Shown: piece after piece, positions 1 to 10,261 of the stretch
Numbering within the stretch: position 1 is the stretch's first letter
Layout of the letters: each line of letters opens with the position of its first letter
DNA from: an uncultured Candidatus Saccharibacteria bacterium
Lineage (GTDB): Bacteria; Patescibacteriota; Minisyncoccia; Phycocordibacterales; UBA9973
Reading direction: 5' to 3'
NCBI GenBank assembly: GCA_964527185.1
Contig: CAZGOI010000002.1
Location: 197,532-261,531 of the forward strand
Length of the DNA stretch: 64,000 nt
Translations under genes and position numbers: made by a program
Notes under the pieces: model-generated
Seen by the model: only the letters and a program-made list of their open reading frames with translations
Databases searched by the model: none
What the model was told of the DNA's origin: nothing

Positions 1-1
1 A

Positions 2-874
2 TCAGATTTAAAAGAAAATGCGGAAGGTAGGTTGAAAAAAGATGAATACGAAAAAGAATCAGCCCAAGATTTTGCCTTGTGGAAAGCCTGGGACGAAGGC
101 GATGGTGATGTTTTCTGGGAGAGTTCTTTTGGTAAGGGTCGCCCGGGTTGGCATATCGAGTGCTCGGCTATGTGCATCAAAGAACTTGGCGAGAGTATAG
201 ACCTGCACACCGGCGGAGTTGACCTTATATTCCCGCACCACGAAAATGAAATTGCTCAATCGGAATGCGCAACCGGCAAGCCATTTGTAAAATATTTTAT
301 GCACAACGAACACCTCTTGGTTGATGGGGTCAAGATGTCCAAATCTCTTGGTAATTATTATATTTTAAAAGATATAAGAGAGATGGGTGTCGAGCCCCTA
401 GCATTTCGATTGTGGATTTATATGTCGCACTACAAAACACTTTCAAATTTTACAAAAGAGGCGATCGACGGCGCACAGATTGCGTACAAAAGACTTCGTG
501 ATGCATTTTTAAATTTAAAAGAAGATGGCGGTAATATACATCCTGATTATAAAGATAGGTTTGTAGAATATATGGACGATGATCTCGATACGCCAAAGGC
601 TCTAGCTTTAATGTGGGAGCTCGTTCACAATACTGAAATTAGTAACGCTGATAAAAAGGCGACTCTTCTTGATTTTGACCAAGTTTTTGGATTTGGGCTC
701 GCAAAATTAAAAGAAGATGAAATTCCTAAAGATGTACAAGTGCTTGTCGATGAGCGAAACAAAGCACGCGAGCAAAAAGATTGGACTAGGAGCGATGAAA
801 TTCGAGACAAAATAAAAGACCTCGGTTACGAAATCAAAGATACAGAAAATAGTAGCAAGGTTTCAAAAATTTAA
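2..874 (+). CDS. cysS: Cysteine--tRNA ligase (5' end lies before the window)
   Basis: DFALWK, GRPGWHIECSAM, HTGGVDLIFPHHENE and KMSKS motifs; frame open back to position 2. Confidence 0.97.
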   Translation, partial: SDLKENAEGRLKKDEYEKESAQDFALWKAWDEGDGDVFWESSFGKGRPGWHIECSAMCIKELGESIDLHTGGVDLIFPHHENEIAQSECATGKPFVKYFMHNEHLLVDGVKMSKSLGNYYILKDIREMGVEPLAFRLWIYMSHYKTLSNFTKEAIDGAQIAYKRLRDAFLNLKEDGGNIHPDYKDRFVEYMDDDLDTPKALALMWELVHNTEISNADKKATLLDFDQVFGFGLAKLKEDEIPKDVQVLVDERNKAREQKDWTRSDEIRDKIKDLGYEIKDTENSSKVSKI

Positions 875-876
875 AA

Positions 877-1719
877 TTATTTTACTAGGTTAAGCTCTAT
901 AAAAAACGTCGAGCCTTTGCCAGGGCCTGGTGATTTGACCCAGACTCTACCTTTATGTGCTTCGACAATTTCTTTTGCCAAGTATAGGCCTAGCCCTGAA
1001 CCACTGGTGTTTATTTTTGAGCCTTCACCACGAGCAAATTTTTGAAATAAAGTATTTTTTGTTTCCTCGGTCATGCCCATACCAGTATCGGTAACTGAGA
1101 AAATAACTTTATTATCATTTTTTTTAAGAGCAACCTTGATACTTCCCTCTTTTGTATATTTTATAGAATTGTCTATTAGATTTAGTACAACTTGTCTTAT
1201 TTTTTCTTTATCGCCATTTACTATGTACTGGTGTGGCTCTGAATCAAGAGCCAGGTCTAAACCCTTTTTCTTTGCAGTTATTGAAAGGTCCTTGACCATA
1301 TCAGAGACTACTGCATTTAGATCAAAAGCGGCCATTTCGTATTGCATTCCACCTTGCTCGATTTTTGAAACGTTGAGCAAGTCTTCGACAACTTTTGTTA
1401 AGTTTTGACTTGATTGAAATATGCGGTCAACTGCTTCGTGGGCTTTGTCGTCTATCTTACCAAAGTCACCCTCGAGCACCATAGAAGCATAGCCTTTGAT
1501 GGCTGTTAGTGGCGAACGAAGCTGGTGCGAAGCAAGTGAAAGAAACTCGGTTTTTAATTTATCGAGAGATTTAAGTTTTTCGTTGGCAGTACCGAGCTCG
1601 CCGTTGAGCCGAGCGATCTCTTTATTGAGATCGACCAATTCTTTATTTTTAATATATAGCTCTTCGGTAATTTCTTTAAATTCCTGTGGAGTGACATCTG
1701 TTGCCTTATTGTCTGCCAT
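877..1719 (-). CDS. Cytoplasmic sensor histidine kinase (coiled coil + HisKA + HATPase_c), no TM or sensor domain
   Basis: H-box ASHQLRSPLT, N-box NLIDNSIKY, G-boxes DTGMG and GSGLGL. Confidence 0.92.
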   Translation of the reverse strand: MADNKATDVTPQEFKEITEELYIKNKELVDLNKEIARLNGELGTANEKLKSLDKLKTEFLSLASHQLRSPLTAIKGYASMVLEGDFGKIDDKAHEAVDRIFQSSQNLTKVVEDLLNVSKIEQGGMQYEMAAFDLNAVVSDMVKDLSITAKKKGLDLALDSEPHQYIVNGDKEKIRQVVLNLIDNSIKYTKEGSIKVALKKNDNKVIFSVTDTGMGMTEETKNTLFQKFARGEGSKINTSGSGLGLYLAKEIVEAHKGRVWVKSPGPGKGSTFFIELNLVK

Positions 1720-1720
1720 A

Positions 1721-2011
1721 TTACTTTAAATTAGAGGGTAATTGATCTTGTGGCACTTCTTTGATTAGATCTTTAACTGCTTCTTTGCAAACTTCATCTG
1801 ACGCTCGGCCAAATAGACGCGAGTATTGGGATATTAATTTTTCGAGAACTTCTTTTTCGTTACCGTCGATAGAGACTTCGGCATTTTTTTGGTCTATGAC
1901 ATGAAAGCCTTGAACTTTTTTCGCCTCTTCCCAAGCCAAAGGGCCAATAATGAGCTCTTGCTCTTTTATTATTCTTATGGCCATTTGTGGAAATTGTAGC
2001 GTAGCATTCAT
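1721..2011 (-). CDS. Small hypothetical protein co-oriented with the kinase
   Basis: 96-aa ORF with 1-bp and 3-bp gaps to its neighbours. Confidence 0.75.
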   Translation of the reverse strand: MNATLQFPQMAIRIIKEQELIIGPLAWEEAKKVQGFHVIDQKNAEVSIDGNEKEVLEKLISQYSRLFGRASDEVCKEAVKDLIKEVPQDQLPSNLK

Positions 2012-2014
2012 AAA

Positions 2015-2815
2015 CTAATTTACTTTTAACTTATAAAAACCTAAAACACCGAATGAAAGCAAGAATAACCCGAGTGCTAGTAATAAATCTCCAAAATCAG
2101 CATTATAGTAAGTTCCTACAGTAGTAGTGTAAGAAAAAACAGTATCGGCAATAAACATTACCCCAAGACCTATTAAGATAGCGTAGATATCTAATTTGTA
2201 TTTACCTCCTAGGTATTTAAAAGAGAGCCCAGATATTATTATTGCTATAGTTAAACCAACAAAATCCCCTAATGGGTAGGCAATATCTAGAAGTGTTTTC
2301 AGTGGGGTTTCCCCTTGTGGAACCAATACCCCACCTCTGGCGACAGTAACAAGAATATAGTAAGAAAAAATTAAAATTATTATTGGCGCTATTATTACAA
2401 AAAATTTTGCGATTTTGCTTCGAAGGCCATATTTGGCCCCAGTTGCTTTTGCAAGGAAAGCAGCTCCAAGCCCATAGAAAAATATACTTGGAGCAAAACC
2501 AATATCAGCCAGTGACGGATACGGGGCAGGAACATTCATAAAGAAATTGTAGTAAGACCAAATTATTTCACCGCATCCCCACAAGAAAATTCCTAGACCA
2601 ATAAAGAATACTGCTTTACCGACAGCGCTTTTAAGCCCACCCCACACTCGAGATCTGCTTATAGCAATTATGCCTCCAAAAAGAGGAATTAGACCAAACA
2701 AAAACGAGTATAGATAGTTGTAGAAACCCTCTTTGGTTCCAGTAAAAAATAAAGCAGCCCAAAATAGGAAAAGTAGAATAAAGAACCAAAGAAAAATTTT
2801 TTGTAGAGTATTCAT
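2015..2815 (-). CDS. Polytopic (7-8 TM) membrane protein, possible stand-alone membrane sensor domain
   Basis: Multiple hydrophobic helices; WSYY...PYPSLADIGF motif typical of 7TM sensor-like domains; start taken at ATG 2815. Confidence 0.75.
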   Translation of the reverse strand: MNTLQKIFLWFFILLFLFWAALFFTGTKEGFYNYLYSFLFGLIPLFGGIIAISRSRVWGGLKSAVGKAVFFIGLGIFLWGCGEIIWSYYNFFMNVPAPYPSLADIGFAPSIFFYGLGAAFLAKATGAKYGLRSKIAKFFVIIAPIIILIFSYYILVTVARGGVLVPQGETPLKTLLDIAYPLGDFVGLTIAIIISGLSFKYLGGKYKLDIYAILIGLGVMFIADTVFSYTTTVGTYYNADFGDLLLALGLFLLSFGVLGFYKLKVN

Positions 2816-2855
2816 GTCTTTACATATCAAATTATAATTCTCATAACAAAAGTAG

Positions 2856-3992
2856 TCAAATAAAATAAACCTTGGGTTTAGGGAAACCATTAAATTTACT
2901 TACGGCGGTTAAAGTATAGGCTCCTACGTTGTGAATGATTAACTTATCACCTACTTCTATATCTGCAGGTAATAAAGCTTCTTTAGTTATGATATCTGGC
3001 GAGTCTCCAGTAGGCCCAGCTAAGGAAAATAATTTCTCGCCCGCTTCACCCACAGGTCTCATGCTAGATATCGGATATCTAGTAGAACCTTGGTACGACA
3101 TCGCTTCGAAAAAAGCATTGTATACACCAGCATCTAGGAATAACCATGTCCCGCTGGCTCTTTCGATCTTGCCTATAATAGTAGCTATGACTATTCCTGT
3201 ATCAGCTATTATTCCTCTACCGGGTTCTAAAAGCAAACGTGGTTTATAGTGTAATTTTTTGTACTGTGAAAGAGTGTTGTTGGCAATTTCTTTTAAAGAG
3301 GGTATGTCTTCGCTTGATATGTATTTGCAAGGATACCCTCCGCCAATATCTAGAACTTCTATTTTTATATTTTTCTTTACTAATTCATCAATTACATAAC
3401 TGAGTGATGCAATTCCGTTAGACCAGGCCAGGGGATTACTTGCCTGCGAACCAACATGAAAACTTATTCCATATGGAACGAGTCCTAACTCTTGAGCCCT
3501 GCTAAGCAATGAAACGACATTGCCGATGTCAGTACCAAATTTTTCAGAAAATTTAAAAACGCTGCCTTTGTCGTTTACCACAACTCGAATATATACTTTT
3601 GATTTTGGCGCGACGGCTGCAATTTTTTCTAATTCTTGGAAAGAATCAGCGCAGAATTTACGAACTCCATATTTATAAAATTCCTTAATGTGAGATATTG
3701 GTTTGACAGAGGTCCCATAAATTATATGGTCTGGTTTGACTTTTATTTTTTTTAGCCAAGTTAGTTCGTATTTAGACGCAACCTCAAAAGAACAATGAGA
3801 GTCATTTAAAAACTTGAGGAGTTCAGGCTCCGAATTGGCCTTCATGGCATAGTGGACTAGAGAATTCGGAAAGAGTTTTTTAAATTCGTTTATATGAGAT
3901 TTTATCTTTCTTTTAGAAAAAAGAAAAAAAGGCGTCTCGTGTTTAAGTTTTTTTAATGAAGAAACGCTAAATTCCTTTTCTAGAGTAAACAT
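2856..3992 (-). CDS. PLP-dependent fold-III decarboxylase (ornithine/lysine decarboxylase family)
   Basis: YAMKAN (PLP Lys), SFHVGSQ, LDIGGGY, EPGR, GPTGD and GAYT...FNGF motifs. Confidence 0.9.
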   Translation of the reverse strand: MFTLEKEFSVSSLKKLKHETPFFLFSKRKIKSHINEFKKLFPNSLVHYAMKANSEPELLKFLNDSHCSFEVASKYELTWLKKIKVKPDHIIYGTSVKPISHIKEFYKYGVRKFCADSFQELEKIAAVAPKSKVYIRVVVNDKGSVFKFSEKFGTDIGNVVSLLSRAQELGLVPYGISFHVGSQASNPLAWSNGIASLSYVIDELVKKNIKIEVLDIGGGYPCKYISSEDIPSLKEIANNTLSQYKKLHYKPRLLLEPGRGIIADTGIVIATIIGKIERASGTWLFLDAGVYNAFFEAMSYQGSTRYPISSMRPVGEAGEKLFSLAGPTGDSPDIITKEALLPADIEVGDKLIIHNVGAYTLTAVSKFNGFPKPKVYFI

Positions 3993-4001
3993 TTAATGCC
4001 T

Positions 4002-4901
4002 CTATTTTAGCACAGAAAGTATTATTATGCCAAAAATAATAACAAAAGTGCCTATAGTTTGAATGCGATTTGGTCTTTCTTTTAAGAAAATTCTGGCAAG
4101 AATTATAGTCGGCAAAGAAAAAGCTCCACTGACTAGAGCCACGACGCTAGTTTTTGAAGTAGTGCTATAACCCAAACTTATAGACAGATAGCCTATCGTC
4201 TCGCAAAGACCTATGAGAATAAGAAACTTCCAAACATGTGGCTTGTGAAAAATCGTCTTTATTTTTCGTGCATAGCAGACTATCCATATATATATGGTCA
4301 TAGACAAATACATAAACAGCGAATAAGAAAACCAATCTTGACCGCTTATGAATTTGTCCCAAAAAAGAGTCCATAGAGAAGCAAATATAGTAGCTAGAGC
4401 TACTTTTTTAAAGCCGGGAACTTTGCTGATTTTAAAACTTTTTTCCTTTAAAGCTTTTAAATCTAGATTGATGAACAAAATACCAACAAAAACTATAATT
4501 AAAGAAATCACTACGTGCCCAGTTACCATCTCACCAAAAATTAATATAGAAAAAATAGCAGTAAACCCTGAGAACGAAGAAAAGACGGGGTTCAGAACTG
4601 AAACTTGACCCTGGCCGAAACCTTTATAAACTAGAATATAAATAATTGCTTGAAAAACCCCAAAGAAAACTAAGAGGAGTAATACTTTGCTATCTCCAGG
4701 AATTAGAAATGGTTTGCCAATTTTATTAAAATAATAAAATGCAAATATTATGAGAGTAATAACCCCAAAGATATGCGCCCAAGCTAAACTCGCAATGTCT
4801 CCAATTTCATCGATCGTCTTTTTAGCAAAAAAATCGGCCAACCCCCAGCCAAGCATGCCACCAAGCCCAGCCAATATAGCAACAAATAATTCATTTTGCA
4901 T
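4002..4901 (-). CDS. EamA/DMT family transporter
   Basis: About 10 TM helices in two repeats; ILARIFLKER motif. Confidence 0.88.
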   Translation of the reverse strand: MQNELFVAILAGLGGMLGWGLADFFAKKTIDEIGDIASLAWAHIFGVITLIIFAFYYFNKIGKPFLIPGDSKVLLLLVFFGVFQAIIYILVYKGFGQGQVSVLNPVFSSFSGFTAIFSILIFGEMVTGHVVISLIIVFVGILFINLDLKALKEKSFKISKVPGFKKVALATIFASLWTLFWDKFISGQDWFSYSLFMYLSMTIYIWIVCYARKIKTIFHKPHVWKFLILIGLCETIGYLSISLGYSTTSKTSVVALVSGAFSLPTIILARIFLKERPNRIQTIGTFVIIFGIIILSVLK

Positions 4902-4933
4902 TGTAAATTAATTATACCATTCTCTATGTAATT

Positions 4934-6037
4934 TTATATCCCCTCTTTTTTTAGATCTTCGATTAAATCTTTAGATTTTTTAGAAAGTTTGCTTGGCATT
5001 TTGATGAGCACTCGCATTATGATGTCGCCTCGGCCGTGGCCGCTCGGCACACCCTTGCCACGAATACGAAGCAATTCGCCGTGGTTTACACCTTCTGGAA
5101 TTTTAACTTCGATAATTTTACCTTCGAGAGTTTTGAGTTCATATGTCATACCAAGAAGCGCGTCGGAGAGTTTGACGTGGACATCAAGATTTAAATTCGA
5201 GCCATCGCGCTTGAAAACCGAGTGCGATTTGACATTGACTTTGATATATAGGTCTCCCGCTTGCCCGCCACGAATTGCTTCACCGAGGCCAGTCATGCGA
5301 ATCATCTCGCCATTGTTAATGCCGCTTGGAATATTTATGGTAATTTCTTCTTGCTTTTTCAAAACTCCAGCTCCGCGACATTCGTTGCATTTTTCTGTTG
5401 GAACTTTGCCTTCGCCGAAACACGTATCACAGGTGCGAACGCTCGAAAAACTTCCAAGTATCGAGCGTTTGACTTCGCGCACTTGGCCTTGGCCGTTACA
5501 GGTCTTGCAGGTTTCCATTTTTGTTCCAGGTTTTGCGCCGGTACCTTTACAGATGTCGCATTTTGATTGTTTTGCGATCAAAATTTTTCTGGTCGCGCCA
5601 AAAATTGAATCTTCAAAAGAAATATCTATCTCGGTTGAGATATCACGCCCGCGGCGAACTCCACGAGACCTGTTCATGCTACTGCCAAAGAAATCGCCAA
5701 AAATATCGCCCAAGTCACCCATATCAAATTCGACATTTCCATTTTGGAAGCCTGATTGAAAGCCACTGAAATCAAAACCGCCAAAACCTTGCCCGTTGAA
5801 ACCGCCAGCGCCCGGGTTGAAACCCTGGGGTCCAGATGAACCAAAGCGATCGTATTGGGCGCGCTTCCCGTCATCAGAGAGAGTCTGATAGGCTTCGTTG
5901 ACTTCTTTAAACTTTTTATCATCACCCTTGTTTTTATCTGGGTGGTGCTTGTGGGCGAGCTTGTGAAAAGCCTTTTTTATTTCATCTTTTGAAGCGTTTT
6001 TAGTAACTCCTAGAATTTCGTAGTAATCTTTAGCCAT
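4934..6037 (-). CDS. dnaJ: Chaperone DnaJ
   Basis: J domain with HPD, G/F-rich region, four CxxCxGxG repeats. Confidence 0.98.
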   Translation of the reverse strand: MAKDYYEILGVTKNASKDEIKKAFHKLAHKHHPDKNKGDDKKFKEVNEAYQTLSDDGKRAQYDRFGSSGPQGFNPGAGGFNGQGFGGFDFSGFQSGFQNGNVEFDMGDLGDIFGDFFGSSMNRSRGVRRGRDISTEIDISFEDSIFGATRKILIAKQSKCDICKGTGAKPGTKMETCKTCNGQGQVREVKRSILGSFSSVRTCDTCFGEGKVPTEKCNECRGAGVLKKQEEITINIPSGINNGEMIRMTGLGEAIRGGQAGDLYIKVNVKSHSVFKRDGSNLNLDVHVKLSDALLGMTYELKTLEGKIIEVKIPEGVNHGELLRIRGKGVPSGHGRGDIIMRVLIKMPSKLSKKSKDLIEDLKKEGI

Positions 6038-6151
6038 AGTTTTATTATACTGAGAGAATATATTTAGAGCAATCTGCGCTATAAATAGGTAGTCATAGGT
6101 TTTTCAGGCCAGAATGCGAATTGCGGAAAATATATTCCTTAAGTATTTAAT

Positions 6152-8035
6152 TTATTTTTGCCCTTCGTTTTCTTTTGTTTCCGCGTCTTTTACTTCTTGC
6201 CCTTGTTGTTCTGGTGTCGCATTTTCTCCGCCGGCAGATTTACTAACGGCTTCGCCGATTTTTGAGACTTCGGTTGTTAGAGCTTCGAGTGCAAATTTTA
6301 TGGCCTCAAGGTCAGAACCATCTTTTGCGGTTTTAGCCGCTGCAATTTTTTCTTCAACTCCAATTTTTATTTCGCTAGGAATTTTATCGCCATATTCTTT
6401 TAGAGATTTCTCGGCAGAGAATATCATCATCTCGGCGGTGTTTTTCTCATCGACGAGTTCTTTCTTTTTCTTGTCTTCTTCGGCGTGTAGTTCGGCATCG
6501 GCTTGCATCTTTTTAATATCGGCATCGGTCAATCCAGACGAGGCTTCGATACGGATCGACTGCTCTTTGCCACTAGCTTTATCTTTGGCTTTGACATTAA
6601 GAATTCCATTGGCGTCGACATCAAAAGACACTTCGACTTGTGGCATGCCGCGCGGAGCTGGCGGAATGCCATCGAGAATAAACCGCCCGAGGGATTTATT
6701 GTCGCTTGTCATTGGTCGTTCGCCTTGGGTGATATGAATCTCGACACTTGTCTGGTTGTCGGCAGCAGTCGAGAAGACTTGGGCTTTTGAGCTTGGGATA
6801 GTAGTGTTGCGCTCGATTAATTTTGTCGATACGCCGCCCAAAGTCTCGATACCGAGCGATAGTGGAATGACATCAAGGAGTAGCACGTCTTTGACATCGC
6901 CCTGCAAAACTCCGGCCTGAACTGCGGCACCGAGAGCGACGACTTCATCTGGGTTGATAGAGCGATTTGGTTCTTTACCAAATAAATTTTTAACAGCTTC
7001 GACGATAGCCGGCATGCGTGTCTGCCCGCCGACCATGATGATTTCATTTATTTCATTCATCTTAAAAGGTGAGGCTTCCATTGCGCGCTTTGTGATCTCG
7101 ATCGAGCGATCGACATATTCCTGGGCTAGAGATTCGAGAGTGGCGCGAGTCATCTTTATGAGCAAGTGCCTTGGGCCTGAAGAATCTGAAGTTATGAATG
7201 GAATATTTATTTCTGTTTCTGGGGTTGTCGAGAGTTCGATCTTTGCTTTTTCGGCAGCTTCATCGAGACGCTGGAGAGCCAGAGGGTCTTTGGTAATGTC
7301 GATACCACTTTCTTTTTTAAATTCTGTTGCCAGCCAATTGATAATCTTTTGGTCGATATCGCGGCCACCCATGTGTGAATCGCCATCGGTCGATTTGACT
7401 TCGATAACATCGTCTGAAACTTCAAGGACTGAGACGTCGAATGTTCCACCACCAAAATCGTAGACGACTATCTTTTCATTTTTCTTTGTGTTGAATCCAT
7501 AGGCCAAGGCTGCGGCTGTCGGCTCGTTGATAATGCGTTTGACATCGAGGCCTGCGATCGCGCCGGCATCCTTGGTTGCCTTTCTCTGCGCATCGTTGAA
7601 ATAGGCCGGTACGGTTATGATGGCCTCGGTAATTTTTTCACCGAGTTTGGCCTCGGTGTCGGCTTTGAGTTTGGCCAAGATCATTGCAGAAATTTCTTCT
7701 GGGCGATACCATTTGTCTCCAATTGAAACTTCGACACCACCATCCTTACCTTTTTGCGATTTGAATGGGTTTGTTTTTTCATCTTTCTGAATTTCTGCGT
7801 CGTCGAACATGTGCCCCATGTATCGCTTGATACCGTAGATTGTGTTTTGTGGGTTTGTAACTGCTTGGCGCTTGGCGAGAAGCCCAACCAATCGGTCGCC
7901 ATTTTTTGCAACAGCGACGATCGATGGAGTCGTCCTTCCACCTTCGATATTTTCTATAATCTTTGGCTGACCACCTTCGATGATAGCAACCGCGCTATTT
8001 GTTGTACCCAAGTCTATACCAATTATTTTTGACAT
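6152..8035 (-). CDS. dnaK: Chaperone DnaK
   Basis: [17 protein letters not shown] and DFGGGTFD Hsp70 motifs. Confidence 0.99.
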   Translation of the reverse strand: MSKIIGIDLGTTNSAVAIIEGGQPKIIENIEGGRTTPSIVAVAKNGDRLVGLLAKRQAVTNPQNTIYGIKRYMGHMFDDAEIQKDEKTNPFKSQKGKDGGVEVSIGDKWYRPEEISAMILAKLKADTEAKLGEKITEAIITVPAYFNDAQRKATKDAGAIAGLDVKRIINEPTAAALAYGFNTKKNEKIVVYDFGGGTFDVSVLEVSDDVIEVKSTDGDSHMGGRDIDQKIINWLATEFKKESGIDITKDPLALQRLDEAAEKAKIELSTTPETEINIPFITSDSSGPRHLLIKMTRATLESLAQEYVDRSIEITKRAMEASPFKMNEINEIIMVGGQTRMPAIVEAVKNLFGKEPNRSINPDEVVALGAAVQAGVLQGDVKDVLLLDVIPLSLGIETLGGVSTKLIERNTTIPSSKAQVFSTAADNQTSVEIHITQGERPMTSDNKSLGRFILDGIPPAPRGMPQVEVSFDVDANGILNVKAKDKASGKEQSIRIEASSGLTDADIKKMQADAELHAEEDKKKKELVDEKNTAEMMIFSAEKSLKEYGDKIPSEIKIGVEEKIAAAKTAKDGSDLEAIKFALEALTTEVSKIGEAVSKSAGGENATPEQQGQEVKDAETKENEGQK

Positions 8036-8047
8036 ATTTTTTATAAA

Positions 8048-8563
8048 TTAACTTTTAATATTTTTAATAACTTCTTCGACTACTTCTTCAAGGGGTTTGT
8101 TTGTATTTATTGGTATTGCACCCATATCAATCATTTTTCTTTCAAAATCCTTATGCCAATCCTTCATCATTTCTTGCACTGACTCATGTTTCCCAAAATC
8201 ATTATTTGTTCGTTCAATAATTCTTTTTATAAATATTTCATTATCTGTTCTAAGTAAAAAAACTTTATCAAATAAATCTAGATATTCCTTTTGGTTATCT
8301 GTAAGGCCAACTGCAATAGATATATCATGGCCCTCAAATAAACTGAATAATTGTTCCTTATCACATATACGTTTATTGTTTTTAAAAAATTCTTTATTTG
8401 TACCAGCATGTCCATGATAAATTTCACTTGTATTTTTATTAACCCATTTACATAACCCTGATACTTTGTCTATATCTACAACATGAAACCCTTTTTTCTT
8501 CAACTCTTCACCAGTCGTAGATTTACCTGTACCAGAGACACCAGTTATATAAAATTTCTTCAT
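8048..8563 (-). CDS. P-loop NMP/shikimate-kinase-like protein
   Basis: N-terminal ITGVSGTGKST Walker A; 171 aa. Confidence 0.8.
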   Translation of the reverse strand: MKKFYITGVSGTGKSTTGEELKKKGFHVVDIDKVSGLCKWVNKNTSEIYHGHAGTNKEFFKNNKRICDKEQLFSLFEGHDISIAVGLTDNQKEYLDLFDKVFLLRTDNEIFIKRIIERTNNDFGKHESVQEMMKDWHKDFERKMIDMGAIPINTNKPLEEVVEEVIKNIKS

Positions 8564-8604
8564 GCGAGCCTAATTATATAGTTAACATTTATTTTTAACA
8601 AGTA

Positions 8605-8620
8605 TTTAGCGACCGCTAAA
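8605..8620. promoter_or_regulatory. Palindrome TTTAGCG-AC-CGCTAAA, candidate operator between divergent genes
   Basis: Perfect 7-bp inverted repeat, imperfectly extendable, just upstream of TGnTATAAT at 8646-8654. Confidence 0.45.
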
Positions 8621-8660
8621 ACTATGTTGATATTATATTTATAGTTGATATAATGTCAAT

Positions 8661-9203
8661 ATGGCAAAAAAATCATTGATCAAAAAGGCTATTTTAAGAG
8701 CTTTTAACGAAAATAAGCCTATTTCTATGGATACGATAAAAAAAACCACCGAGAAGCCTATTTTGCGCGAATACGAGGGTAAAAATGCCAATTATTCTAT
8801 CAATAGGTCTATGAAAAACATGATCGCTGATGGTTTGGTTGAAACCCTAAACTCTGAACACAGCCAATACTTCCGCCTAACCCCTCTTGGCAAACAAGAG
8901 CTAAACAATATCGCCATCGAAGCCGAGGGTGGGCTCGTGTCTACCCATTGGGACGGATATTGGAGGATAATAATTCTTGATATTCCAGAAGATCGCAAGA
9001 GCGAGCGCGAAGCCCTGCGCTACCTGCTTAAAAAAGCGGGGTTTGTGTGTGTAAAAAATTCTGTTTGGATTTCTATGCTTCCGTTTGAAAATCTTTTCAT
9101 AAATATAAAAAAAGATCTCGGCCTAACAACCGAGATGATGATAATAGTGACAGAAAAAATTGATTCTGAAACCGAAGAAGAATTCTTTAAATTAATTAAA
9201 TAA
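8661..9203 (+). CDS. PaaX-family transcriptional regulator (wHTH + Cas2-like C-terminal domain)
   Basis: FRLTPLG wing and WDGYWRIIILDIPE...R..LR..LKKAGF....SVWIS signature. Confidence 0.82.
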   Translation: MAKKSLIKKAILRAFNENKPISMDTIKKTTEKPILREYEGKNANYSINRSMKNMIADGLVETLNSEHSQYFRLTPLGKQELNNIAIEAEGGLVSTHWDGYWRIIILDIPEDRKSEREALRYLLKKAGFVCVKNSVWISMLPFENLFINIKKDLGLTTEMMIIVTEKIDSETEEEFFKLIK

Positions 9204-9205
9204 AT

Positions 9206-9787
9206 TTAATTTTTATACTCCCAGATTTTTACACGAGCGGGGCGCAGAACTCGCCCTGCCTCGGTGACAGATGGGTCGCCTATTTTGTAGCCTGATTGGA
9301 TAACACTTTCGATAATGTGGTCTTTGTTTTCTTCGTCGGTCTCTATAGATTCAACGGCTTCGTGAAGGTTGGGATCAAATTTTACTCCGACACTATTTAT
9401 AACTGTGATTTTATTGTCCGCAAAAGCTTGGAGGAATTTTGAATGGATATACTCTATTCCCTGCCGCCAATTTTTATCGACGCTCTCCCAAGCAGTCTTG
9501 TTGCCCATGGCCATATCGAAAGCATCGAGCGCTGGCAAAATCGAATCGACGAGTTCTTCTACCCCGAGTTCTTTGCCTCGCGAAAATTTTGCTTCGGCTT
9601 CTTTTTGCAAGTTAATATAGTCGGCCTTGGCCCTCTGCCAGCCGGTTAAATATTCTTCTTTCTCATCTTTTAGTTTTTTATTTTCGGCGCGAAGTCTCTT
9701 CATCTGGTCTTTTTTCGGCAATTCATCACCGTCTTCGGTACTGTCGACAAAAGCAACGTCTTCAAAATTTTCTTCATCTTTTTCCAT
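9206..9787 (-). CDS. grpE: Nucleotide exchange factor GrpE
   Basis: RAKADYIN, FDPNLHEAV and GY...RVLRPARV motifs; 7-aa insertion before RVLRPA. Confidence 0.96.
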   Translation of the reverse strand: MEKDEENFEDVAFVDSTEDGDELPKKDQMKRLRAENKKLKDEKEEYLTGWQRAKADYINLQKEAEAKFSRGKELGVEELVDSILPALDAFDMAMGNKTAWESVDKNWRQGIEYIHSKFLQAFADNKITVINSVGVKFDPNLHEAVESIETDEENKDHIIESVIQSGYKIGDPSVTEAGRVLRPARVKIWEYKN

Positions 9788-9828
9788 AAGTGCTACTAGT
9801 ATACAAAAAAGTATGTTTTTTGCAAAAG

Positions 9829-9849
9829 AAAAACCTCTTGCGAGGTTTT
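9829..9849. terminator. Intrinsic terminator-like hairpin at the end of rpsI
   Basis: AAAAACCTC-TTGC-GAGGTTTT. Confidence 0.6.
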
Positions 9850-10258
9850 ATCTTTTACTCCACTGCGGAGCTTTGCGGGCTTTTTTGAGGCCGAACTTGC
9901 GGCGTTCTTTTTGGCGAGGGTCGCGTTTGAGCATTTTTGCTTTTTTCAAATTTGATCGCAGTTCGCTGTCAAACATAACAAGCGCTCGAGAGATGCCGTG
10001 TCGCACAGATTCGGCTTGGGAATTGATGCCCCCGCCTTTGGCGGTGACGACGACTTCAAATTTTTGCGAGTGACCAGCTTGGTCGAAAGCGCCAGTCACG
10101 ATCTTTTTCAGAGTGGCAGTTTTAAAATAATCTTCTAAATTTTTACCGTTTATCGAATAGGTCGTCTTGGTGGCTTTGTGTATTCGCACAACGGCAGTCG
10201 AAGTCTTGCGTCGGCCGATAGCTCTGATGTATTCATTTTTAGAAATTTTCTTTTCCAT
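9848..10258 (-). CDS. rpsI: 30S ribosomal protein S9
   Basis: GRRKTS; C-terminal ERRKFGLKKARKAPQWSKR. Confidence 0.98.
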   Translation of the reverse strand: MEKKISKNEYIRAIGRRKTSTAVVRIHKATKTTYSINGKNLEDYFKTATLKKIVTGAFDQAGHSQKFEVVVTAKGGGINSQAESVRHGISRALVMFDSELRSNLKKAKMLKRDPRQKERRKFGLKKARKAPQWSKR

Positions 10259-10261
10259 ATT

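Noticed and set aside
4989-7463. Long antisense ORFs over dnaJ/dnaK (and similar ones over rpoA, ftsZ, gyrA, rpsA)
   Set aside because: Shadow frames of conserved genes with no motifs or expression signals.
8605-8620. CIRCE element
   Set aside because: Lacks the TTAGCACTC-N9-GAGTGCTAA length and inner bases; kept only as a generic palindrome.
8661-9203. Cas2-like domain suggesting CRISPR-Cas
   Set aside because: It is the C-terminal part of a PaaX-type regulator; no other cas genes and no repeat-spacer array in the window.
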